Shown one piece after another: positions 27,245 through 34,599 of a stretch of DNA of 64,000 nt. Origin of the DNA: a virus (taxonomy: Duplodnaviria; Caudoviricetes); the IMG/VR virus record IMGVR_UViG_3300013121_000033, positions 96,001-160,000 of that record; one strand, written 5' to 3'. Under the pieces are notes generated by a model. The model was not told the origin of the DNA. It saw nothing but the letters and a program-made list of their open reading frames with translations, and did not search any database. The translations under genes were made by a program, and so were the position numbers. Each line of letters starts with the position of its first letter. Position 1 is the first letter of the stretch.

Positions 27245-28497
27245 ACTTGCATGCCCTCGGCCGGACGGCCGCCCTCAACGAACACGGGGGCAATCCATCG
27301 TGTCTCGTACCACCAGTCGTCGCGCGGACCGCATCGTGCCCGCCGGAAGTGGCCGCGCCGCCAATGGGACTTCACGGTCCGATCGGCGGAGTGCTCCGAG
27401 TCCCGGGTTCGTTCCGACGGGGTCAGGTCGATGACCCGCACCTTCGGAGCGAACCGGCCGCGGGTGGCGTCACGGCGTGCGGACGATGTCCCCTTGCGGG
27501 CCGCCTTCGCGTCGGCTGCGGTGAACGGTTCGGCGTCACCGAAGATTGCTGACGGTTCCGGCGCCTTGAGCGACACGAGCGCCGCGACGCCGTGAGCGAA
27601 CCCACGAAGGTTCGACCGGGAGAGACGCCCTGGGATCGGGGCGACGCAGAGGAACTGTGCAGCGTTGTCCATGTCGGGGAAGGCGCTCGCGCCTTCGATC
27701 GTACGACCGAGGGCAGTGGCGGGTTTGGTGAGGTCGACGCCGCCTTCGATAATCCAGATGACCTCGTCAGCGAGGCCGACACCGCCCGGCCCGGCAGAGA
27801 GGACGATGCCGACGATCCGCCAGTCGTTGTCGACAAACGACATGTGCGCGGCGAGCATCCGAGGGAGCGGGTCCCTGGCCCCGTGTTCCGGCGTCCGGAA
27901 GTAATGCGGGTGGTAGATGGTGGCGTTGGTGGGGCGGAACGGGACAGACAGGGTGACGCAGACCCGTTCGAACGGGAGGTGGATGTTCTCGACTACGTCC
28001 GGGGGTGGGGCGTCGGTGTGGTCGAGCGCGTCGCACAACGATGCCGTCATGAACACGTCGTGGGCGGTGGACAGCGCGCCGCTCAACGGGGGGTCCCACA
28101 CGGTCGCCATGCGGCGGAGGTAGAGACAGTGAACGGGGGCGAGTCGGCCGGTGGCCGAGTCTGGCGTGATGATGCCAGCGACGGCGTCCTGCTGGTCGAC
28201 GTCGGGGGCATCAGGCAGGTCGTCGAGCGGGAACGGCCCCTGTTCTTCCCCAAACGTCGAATCGCCGTCATCGGCGGCAGCAGCAAGGTCAGCGTCATCG
28301 AGGGCGTAGAGCCGGACCATCACCCAACCTTGGCGTTCCAATGCAGCCTGGCGAGCTTCGATTTCTTCCAGTTTCGACTGTGCCGCTGCCACCTCGCTGC
28401 CAGCGAGTTGGAGCAGAAGATCGTCAACGATCGACGACGACTCGACTCGTGGGGGGATCAGGGCGAACGATTTCAGGTTGTCCGGCAGGTCGATCAT
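27226..28497 (-). CDS. Hypothetical phage protein with C-terminal HWRRGHFR motif
   Basis: VKSHWRRGHFRRARCGP..RWIAPVFV motif recurrent in phage proteins of unknown function. Confidence 0.7.
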   Translation of the reverse strand: MIDLPDNLKSFALIPPRVESSSIVDDLLLQLAGSEVAAAQSKLEEIEARQAALERQGWVMVRLYALDDADLAAAADDGDSTFGEEQGPFPLDDLPDAPDVDQQDAVAGIITPDSATGRLAPVHCLYLRRMATVWDPPLSGALSTAHDVFMTASLCDALDHTDAPPPDVVENIHLPFERVCVTLSVPFRPTNATIYHPHYFRTPEHGARDPLPRMLAAHMSFVDNDWRIVGIVLSAGPGGVGLADEVIWIIEGGVDLTKPATALGRTIEGASAFPDMDNAAQFLCVAPIPGRLSRSNLRGFAHGVAALVSLKAPEPSAIFGDAEPFTAADAKAARKGTSSARRDATRGRFAPKVRVIDLTPSERTRDSEHSADRTVKSHWRRGHFRRARCGPRDDWWYETRWIAPVFVEGGRPAEGMQVWRATP

Positions 28498-29003
28498 GCT
28501 GCTTCGATCGAGAGGGACACAACGACTCCGCCGCCACGGGCAGAGAGATCGGCGCCGTAGGGGAACTGGGTGTCGAACATGTTGACGGTCGGTTGGATCA
28601 TCTCGGGGACAGCGCCGGGGTGGAAGCGGAGCAGCCCGCGGTAGGGGCCTGCACCGTTGAGCGTGACGACGACCGGAGTTGGGGGCTTGCCGTGACACTC
28701 GACGTAGCTGACCGTTCCGCAGTAGCGGAACCGGTTCTGTTCGTCGCACCACGCGTGCATCTGCCACGGTTCACCGCGGTTCGAGATCAGCGGCCACGCC
28801 GCCGCTGCGACACCGTGGACTGTCGCAAGGGACGTCGACGCGATGTCGAGCATGGTGGCGTCGTTGTAGCCGACCCGGAACCGGTGGCGTCCGCCGGGGT
28901 GGGCGCGGTGGAACTCGGCGAGCCCGTCGGCGCGGGTGTAGCGGCCGTCGTTGCCGTCCGGGGCGAGGAACCAGACGGCGAGGAACTGGTCGACGTTGGT
29001 CAT
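28494..29003 (-). CDS. Hypothetical protein
   Basis: 3' portion of ORF 28494..29873; coupled to neighbours. Confidence 0.6.
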   Translation of the reverse strand: MTNVDQFLAVWFLAPDGNDGRYTRADGLAEFHRAHPGGRHRFRVGYNDATMLDIASTSLATVHGVAAAAWPLISNRGEPWQMHAWCDEQNRFRYCGTVSYVECHGKPPTPVVVTLNGAGPYRGLLRFHPGAVPEMIQPTVNMFDTQFPYGADLSARGGGVVVSLSIEAA

Positions 29004-29005
29004 CG

Positions 29006-30232
29006 TCACGCTGCCTTGCATCGGGTGAGGACCGTCTCGTGGCGGCCCTGGTAGGTGTCGTGCTTCTTGACGGTGCCGGTGAAGGTGATCGGCTCTCCGG
29101 CCTCTCGGGCTTCGTCGGCGGCGTCGGCGAAGCTGGTGGTGCAGCCGGTGAACACCTTGACCCACCCGGCGGTCGTGGCGACCACGATGACCGCCTGTGT
29201 GCCCCACTGGTTCTCGAAGCAGGAGAACCGGGTGACTCGACCGGTCAGCGTGACCCGCTCGCCCTCGGCGCCGACCCAGGCGTCGGGCACCTCGGCGTCG
29301 GCGGCTTCGCGGGCCTTGCGTTCTGCGATCCGGCCCTGCTCCCGGTCCCACGCCGACACTGCCGACACCGCCAGGCCCAGGCCCTTCGGGCGGACCCAGT
29401 CGTTGTCGAGGACGGCGACCAGGTTGGCGAGGTAGTCGTTGCCTTCGGGGTCGATGCTGCGGACCCAGTCGACGATCCGCTGCGCTTCGGCGGCGTGAGT
29501 GCCGCTGTGCAGGTCGTCGCGGGCGGCCTTGACGTCGTCGTCGTCGTAGCTCCTCGGGGTCAGGATCGAGGCGACGTCGGCCTTGGTGGGGGCTTCGAAG
29601 CTGGCGGGCTTCCACCCCCACCGGCGGACCGCGACGATCGCTGCCTCGATCACCACGTTGGTGTCCCACCCCCAGTCGACGTGACCGCCGCCCCAGCCGT
29701 CGTCGGGCTCGTCGAGCAGGTCGGCCGTGACGTCCATGTACCAGATCAGCCGGGCGGGGTCGACACCGAGGTAGTCGCGGACGCAGGTCGTGCCGACCCG
29801 GACCAGGTTGCCGTCGGTGTCGGCGACGACGATGAGCTTGTTGCGGCGCAGGTGGCGGTCGCAGTGGTCGCACACGCTGACGGTGCGGAACGCCTCGGGG
29901 AGGGTGAACCCGTTGACCGAGTTGAGGAGGACGTTCGGGGCGGCGGTGGCGAAGTCGATGGTTCCGGCGAGCTTCCAGTCGCCGGGGAGGGCGACGGGGG
30001 CGACGGTGATGGTGACGTCGTGGACGATCTCCCAGCGGTCGACGGGGTCCGTCTCGGCGCTGACCTTGACGCTGCGGGCGTCGCTGACGGTCAGGGTGAC
30101 GTCGCCGTCGAGGCCCTTCTTCGCGATGCGGTCGTGGAGCTTCGCGACCCGTTCGCGGATCACAGCGACACCGGCGGCCGAAACGGTGGCCGTGGTGACG
30201 CCTTCCTGGTCGGTGGTCTGGTCGTTGTCCAT
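29006..30232 (-). CDS. Hypothetical protein with Zn-binding motif and C-terminal OB-fold-like domain
   Basis: CDHC...VGTTC; C-terminal ITFTGTVKKHDTYQGRHETVLTR; MDND start after the conserved promoter. Confidence 0.75.
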   Translation of the reverse strand: MDNDQTTDQEGVTTATVSAAGVAVIRERVAKLHDRIAKKGLDGDVTLTVSDARSVKVSAETDPVDRWEIVHDVTITVAPVALPGDWKLAGTIDFATAAPNVLLNSVNGFTLPEAFRTVSVCDHCDRHLRRNKLIVVADTDGNLVRVGTTCVRDYLGVDPARLIWYMDVTADLLDEPDDGWGGGHVDWGWDTNVVIEAAIVAVRRWGWKPASFEAPTKADVASILTPRSYDDDDVKAARDDLHSGTHAAEAQRIVDWVRSIDPEGNDYLANLVAVLDNDWVRPKGLGLAVSAVSAWDREQGRIAERKAREAADAEVPDAWVGAEGERVTLTGRVTRFSCFENQWGTQAVIVVATTAGWVKVFTGCTTSFADAADEAREAGEPITFTGTVKKHDTYQGRHETVLTRCKAA

Positions 30233-30270
30233 GCCCACAGGATACCGCCCTGTTGTGGTCACGTCAACAC
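30221..30270 (-). promoter_or_regulatory. Conserved promoter/operator, copy 2
   Basis: TTGACG-17-TATCCT-6-ATGGACAACGAC. Confidence 0.8.
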
Positions 30271-30271
30271 G

Positions 30272-30493
30272 TCAGAGCGGGCCGCAGAGTTGCCGGAGGA
30301 CAGCGCCGGGCCACAACCGGCACTGGCGGCACAGGAAGTAGCGGCGTTCGCCGTCGATCACCGGGTCGTGCCGGAACCCGTTCCGGGAGCGGCGTTCCAT
30401 CATCAGCACCGACATCTCGTGGACGGAGACGGCCGGGTTGTCACAGCACGAGCACCGCTCACCGCTGCTCAGGGGCGTGAGATGAGCGCCCAT
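30272..30493 (-). CDS. Small Zn-finger-like protein
   Basis: CSCC...CRQC; start uncertain. Confidence 0.5.
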   Translation of the reverse strand: MGAHLTPLSSGERCSCCDNPAVSVHEMSVLMMERRSRNGFRHDPVIDGERRYFLCRQCRLWPGAVLRQLCGPL

Positions 30494-31041
30494 ACGGCAC
30501 GAGCCCAGCGTGCCCGGCCGATCGCCGAGTAGCGGTCGTCGATGTCGATGTCGAGGTAGGTGACGAGATCGTCGAGAGTCCAGGGGATCGGGAGAGCGCG
30601 GCCATGGGTGATGAGCCAGGTGACTGCTGCCGACGAGAGGTCGATGGGGTGAAGGGGCGTCTCGACAGGGAGGGGGGGTGTGGGGGCGGGACCGCAGGTG
30701 AGATCGACCGCGGCTGGGGTCGAGTCGAGAGATACAACGTTGCGGTACTGGGTCCACTGGAAGTACGCGGCGGCGGCGTCGCCAACCTCGACGGCTGTCT
30801 CTGCGTCGTAACGGTCGTGGAAGCCGCTGTAGTCGAGGTAGGCGGCGTCGGCTGCGTCGAGGTCGGCCGGGCGGAGGCGGGTCTGCCAGGTGTGCTCGGC
30901 GCCGTCGAGGATCACGGCCCACTCCCAGATCGTCGACGTTGAGGTCGGTGGGTCGACGGTGGCGGTGACAGCAGCGAACGCGAGGCGGTTCTCCACGGCT
31001 TGCTGCGCGTAGAACTGGTCGGGCGTGGGGATGTTGGACAT
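30469..31041 (-). CDS. Hypothetical protein
   Basis: 190-aa ORF with GGAG RBS. Confidence 0.65.
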   Translation of the reverse strand: MSNIPTPDQFYAQQAVENRLAFAAVTATVDPPTSTSTIWEWAVILDGAEHTWQTRLRPADLDAADAAYLDYSGFHDRYDAETAVEVGDAAAAYFQWTQYRNVVSLDSTPAAVDLTCGPAPTPPLPVETPLHPIDLSSAAVTWLITHGRALPIPWTLDDLVTYLDIDIDDRYSAIGRARWARAVWALISRP

Positions 31042-31180
31042 GACCGGGGCTCCGTTCGGGGGTCAGCGTCGTACTTCGACGGGGTCGGAGGCGACGTTCG
31101 GGTAGGAGGACGTGAGCCCGTTCCCGCTTCCCCTCGGGACGAGCGGTTGCCCATCTGATGCGAGGCGGCGCCCGAGTCGG

Positions 31181-31561
31181 TCACGTTGCATCGGTGTCTC
31201 CCAACTGCTGTAGGTGGTGCACGAAGCGGCGGGCTTCGAGTTCGGAGTGGCCCGCCATCATGTACTCGTGGGCGGCGAGCGCGGCGACATGGTCGGGTGG
31301 GACGAAGCTCAGCCACCAGGTGCCACCGACGTCGACGGTGTAGGGGGTTCCTTCGGCGCCGAACGTGAACCCCCAGCACTGCATGGACCCGTCACGGGCG
31401 CGTGTGTCCTCGTCGAGTTCGTGTGTCCACCCGACTCGGCCGTTCGATCCCATCGGCCACCGGCAGCCGTCGCCGTCGGCGCCGAGTTCCTGCCACGTCG
31501 GGATGCGTTCCCAGCCGTCGGGGATGACGGCGTCGTCGGGGATGGTGAACGATTCGATCAT
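31181..31561 (-). CDS. Hypothetical protein
   Basis: ATGA-coupled start MIESFTIP. Confidence 0.65.
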   Translation of the reverse strand: MIESFTIPDDAVIPDGWERIPTWQELGADGDGCRWPMGSNGRVGWTHELDEDTRARDGSMQCWGFTFGAEGTPYTVDVGGTWWLSFVPPDHVAALAAHEYMMAGHSELEARRFVHHLQQLGDTDAT

Positions 31562-31815
31562 GGGAGTTTCCTGAGGATGTCGTGGGCTTTGGCGCCTTCG
31601 ATGGTGGGGCAGTACCGGCGGGGGGTGTCGGTGAGGGCGATCACCCATTCGTTCGACACGAGGCGGTTGAGGCAGCCGTGGACGTACCTCTCTTCGAGGC
31701 GTCCCGCGGCGTGCAACACGATCTGTTCGGCATCGAGTCCGACGCCGTCGGAGCCGTGTTCGACGAGCACTTGGAGTGTCGTCCGCATCATCGGGGTGAC
31801 GTTGACCGTCAACAT
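31558..31815 (-). CDS. Winged-helix-like protein
   Basis: VHGCLNRLVSNEWV..RRYCPTIEG wing pattern. Confidence 0.55.
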   Translation of the reverse strand: MLTVNVTPMMRTTLQVLVEHGSDGVGLDAEQIVLHAAGRLEERYVHGCLNRLVSNEWVIALTDTPRRYCPTIEGAKAHDILRKLP

Positions 31816-31817
31816 CG

Positions 31818-32240
31818 TCAAGTCCAGGTCCGGGCGGGTGGGAGCCCGGCGGCGAGCGCTTCGAGGACCGCGACATGCCAGCGGGCGTGGAGGTCGCCCA
31901 TCGGGGTGCCGGTGCCGTGGCTGGCGAGGTTCCACAAGACCTGCTGGTGCGGCGAGTAGTGAACGTTGTCGCCGCCGTGGGCGTACACGAAGCGGCTCTC
32001 CCACACGTCGTTGTGTCCGTGCGCTTCGAGAAGCGCCTTGACGGTCGGGTAGACGTCGAACTCGCCGGGGCCGATCTTGACCGCTGGGAGGAACCCGAGT
32101 TCCCGCCACGTCGGCACATAGATGGACCACAGTCCGCCGTTGTTGATGATCGACGCGATGAGCGAGTCACCGATCCGTGCGGTGGGCGGAGCTTCGTCCT
32201 GCTCGGGTAGCCGGAACGAGATGAACGTGTCGTTGTCCAT
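31818..32240 (-). CDS. Hypothetical protein (MDND start)
   Basis: Follows conserved promoter copy 3. Confidence 0.7.
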   Translation of the reverse strand: MDNDTFISFRLPEQDEAPPTARIGDSLIASIINNGGLWSIYVPTWRELGFLPAVKIGPGEFDVYPTVKALLEAHGHNDVWESRFVYAHGGDNVHYSPHQQVLWNLASHGTGTPMGDLHARWHVAVLEALAAGLPPARTWT

Positions 32241-32280
32241 GGCGTCGAACCCTACCCTTGCGTTGTGGTCACGTCAACGC
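32229..32280 (-). promoter_or_regulatory. Conserved promoter/operator, copy 3
   Basis: TTGACG-17-TAGGGT-8-ATGGACAACGAC; GCGTTG-N9-CAACGC. Confidence 0.8.
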
Positions 32281-32328
32281 TTCGGAAAGTCGGGCGGTGG
32301 GGTTGACTCGGGTGGTACCGTGGCCCTC

Positions 32329-32376
32329 GTGCGTTCCCGTCTCCAACAGCGTCGCTGGCCTCAGCCACCGCTCTAG
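32329..32376 (+). CDS. Putative leader peptide MRSRLQQRRWPQPPL of the Pro/Trp/Gln tRNA operon
   Basis: GTG 7 nt after GGTGG-TACCGT; contains CAA, TGG, CCG (also CAG, CCT, CCA). Confidence 0.55.
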   Translation: MRSRLQQRRWPQPPL

Positions 32377-32421
32377 CTCCACCGGAACGCGCCCAAGATC
32401 ACCCGAGCGTCCCGGCGGAGC
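32376..32421 (+). promoter_or_regulatory. Putative attenuator hairpin after the leader ORF
   Basis: GCTCC-ACCGG-AACGC...GCGT-CCCGG-CGGAGC starting at the stop codon. Confidence 0.55.
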
Positions 32422-32488
32422 GGAAGCCCGCACGGGGCTCTCTTGGAGTGGTGGCCGAAGCCAGCCGACAAGGGACCCCCGGACACCA

Positions 32489-32564
32489 CGGGGTGTAGCC
32501 CAGCGGCCAGGGCACCTGCTTCGGGAGCAGGGGATCGGGAGTTCGAGTCTCCCCACCCCGACCA
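32489..32564 (+). tRNA. tRNA-Pro(CGG)
   Basis: CGGGGTG acceptor; CCTGC-TT-CGG-GA-GCAGG anticodon arm; encoded CCA. Confidence 0.93.
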
Positions 32565-32583
32565 GGTCGCCCCACCGAAACGA

Positions 32584-32656
32584 AGGGGTGTAGCTCAGCG
32601 GCGAGAGCAGCGGCTTCCAAACCCGCGTGTCGGGGGTTCGAATCCCTCCACCCCTG
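32584..32656 (+). tRNA. tRNA-Trp(CCA)
   Basis: AGGGGTG/CACCCCT acceptor with G73; GCGGC-TT-CCA-AA-CCCGC (C31:C39 mismatch). Confidence 0.9.
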
Positions 32657-32660
32657 CTGA

Positions 32661-32733
32661 TGGCCCGTAGTTCAACTGGCGGAACGCCCGACTTTGGATC
32701 GGGAGGTTGCAGGTTCGAGCCCTGCCGGGCCAG
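32661..32733 (+). tRNA. tRNA-Gln(TTG)
   Basis: TGGCCCG/CGGGCCA acceptor; CCCGA-CT-TTG-GA-TCGGG anticodon arm. Confidence 0.93.
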
Positions 32734-33132
32734 CTACACCGACGCTGCGCGTGCGCGGTCGTTCTCGTGGGTGACGTCGCAGGCGGGGCACTGGCCTTCG
32801 GGTTTGATGTCGCGGGTCAGGTGGTTGTGGCGGGTCGGGTCGACCCTGCCTTGGATCGAGATGGGGACGGCGCTCTTGAGGAACGAGAGCAGCTTCGCAG
32901 CGGTGTGTTCCATGTCGCTGACGCTGCGCCTCTCCTCGATGTCTATGGACAGGCGGCGGGCCTTGCGGAACGCGGCACCGAGGGACGCCATGTCGAGGGC
33001 GCCGTGGACGACGACGTTGCGGCCGAGGGGGGCGTCACCGGGGTCCTCGTTGATCGCGGCGGCCAGGTCGCGTGGCGACCAGGGACCGGGGTCGTCGACC
33101 TCGATGAGCAGGATGCGGCGGGGCTTGTCCAT
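32734..33132 (-). CDS. Hypothetical protein
   Basis: MDKPRRILL start 8 nt after TAACGT; C-terminal H.H..CPACD motif. Confidence 0.6.
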   Translation of the reverse strand: MDKPRRILLIEVDDPGPWSPRDLAAAINEDPGDAPLGRNVVVHGALDMASLGAAFRKARRLSIDIEERRSVSDMEHTAAKLLSFLKSAVPISIQGRVDPTRHNHLTRDIKPEGQCPACDVTHENDRARAASV

Positions 33133-33143
33133 GGGCGGTGACG

Positions 33144-33404
33144 TTACAGGTCCGGGTCGTCCACTGCGCCGCCTTCCCATGAGGCGATGTCGGATGCGAC
33201 GTCGAACAGTCCCATGGCGACGTGGTCGGAGACGTTCGGGGTGTGGTAGTGGGTTGTGTAGTAGGTGGAGCCGTCCGGCATCACCCACGCTGCGATCACG
33301 GCGTAGTCGCCGAGCAGGCCATCCTCCGGGGTGGTGCCGTAGGCGGCGGCGTGGTTGACGATCGCGGTGCGGAGCGCTTCGTCGACGATCGGCTGCTCAT
33401 CCAT
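33144..33404 (-). CDS. Hypothetical protein
   Basis: 86-aa ORF; TAGCGT 8 nt upstream. Confidence 0.65.
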   Translation of the reverse strand: MDEQPIVDEALRTAIVNHAAAYGTTPEDGLLGDYAVIAAWVMPDGSTYYTTHYHTPNVSDHVAMGLFDVASDIASWEGGAVDDPDL

Positions 33405-33442
33405 CCGCAGGGACGCTAGCGGCGGTCGACTAGAACGACGGG

Positions 33443-34432
33443 ATGGTCAACCACGTCATCTATCACGGCGGCTGTGTCGACGGGTTCACAGCAGCGGCGC
33501 TGCTCCGCCAGGTGTACCCGTATGCCGTCTTGCACGCCGCCCGGTACCAGGAGGCGCCGCCTGATGTGTCCGGCGAAGTCGTGATCGCCGATTTCTCGTA
33601 TCCGCCCGCCGTGCTCACGGAGATCGCTGCTCGACCGAACGTCGACCGGGTCACGATGCTCGACCACCATCAGACCACCCGCGATCAGATCGCCGAGCAG
33701 GGCATGCCGGAAGGGGTTGACGTCGTTCTCGACATGGACCGGTCCGGGGCGCGGATCACGTTCGACTGGCTGCGCGACGTCCGAACCGCTGACGTCGCGT
33801 TGTCGGGGTCGGGGGTCGCCGGGTGGGAGACACTGGTCGACTACGTCCAGGACCGGGACCTCTGGCGGTTCGCTCTCGACGATTCCCGTGAGGTGACGGC
33901 GTACATCAACGCTGCGCCGATGACGTTGGACCGGTGGGCGGCGCTCGCTGTCGAAGTCCGCGACGAGCACGACATCGTGGTGCGATGCGGGCAAGCGGTC
34001 CTCGACAGGAACCGGGTGCTGCTCGACCAGATGCGCGAGACGGTCGCTGTCGCGGAGATCGGCGGGTTCCCTGTGCCGGTCACGGCGTCGCCGTACGGGC
34101 TCGGCTCTGACTTCGCTGGTGAGGTCGCAGCGACGTCACCGCACGGGATCGGCGGCTACTACATCGACTACCCGGGGTTCCGGCAGTTCGGGCTGCGGTC
34201 CACCGACACCGGCCCCGACGTGCAGGCGATCGCCCGGACGTTCGGCGGCGGCGGCCACGTCCACGCCTCCGGATTCAAGATCGACCGGGCCACGGGCCAC
34301 CCGCTGCTCGCCGACTTCCACGCTTACGGCGGCGGGAGCGGCGGTGGCGGCGGTGGCGTCGGCGGGAGGACGGGCAGCGGCGTCGGCGGGAGGACGGGCA
34401 GCGGCGGGTCGAGCTACGCGAACCTCACCTAG
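33443..34432 (+). CDS. DHH/DHHA1 phosphoesterase (NrnB/NrnA-like)
   Basis: YHGGCVDG, ADFS, LDHH, DRDLW and GGGGHVHASG motifs. Confidence 0.9.
   Translation: MVNHVIYHGGCVDGFTAAALLRQVYPYAVLHAARYQEAPPDVSGEVVIADFSYPPAVLTEIAARPNVDRVTMLDHHQTTRDQIAEQGMPEGVDVVLDMDRSGARITFDWLRDVRTADVALSGSGVAGWETLVDYVQDRDLWRFALDDSREVTAYINAAPMTLDRWAALAVEVRDEHDIVVRCGQAVLDRNRVLLDQMRETVAVAEIGGFPVPVTASPYGLGSDFAGEVAATSPHGIGGYYIDYPGFRQFGLRSTDTGPDVQAIARTFGGGGHVHASGFKIDRATGHPLLADFHAYGGGSGGGGGGVGGRTGSGVGGRTGSGGSSYANLT
34355..34405 (+). repeat. 24-bp tandem repeat (about 2 copies) in the Gly-rich tail of the DHH gene
   Basis: GGCGTCGGCGGGAGGACGGGCAGC x2. Confidence 0.8.
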
Positions 34433-34599
34433 GCCGCGACGGGGACGGAGGTACGGCGTCCGAGCGGCGGGCTCTCCGTGCCGTCGGCGTACACGAGGAC
34501 GACGTGGCTGCCGTCGACGAGGACGTCGATCACGAGTCTCGGGCCGTGCCGGGTGAGGACGACGTCGCCGGGGTCGATGAGCCAGGCGCGGCGAGTCAC
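34429..34599 (-). CDS. Small hypothetical protein (56 aa)
   Basis: GTGA-coupled to the SNF2 gene; VTRRAWLIDPGDVVLTRHG...; not in the ORF track. Confidence 0.55.
   Translation of the reverse strand: MTRRAWLIDPGDVVLTRHGPRLVIDVLVDGSHVVLVYADGTESPPLGRRTSVPVAA

Noticed and set aside
31063-31191. 42-aa minus-strand ORF MQRDRLGRR...
   Set aside because: Fills a gap but has atypical codon use and no motif; not enough support to annotate
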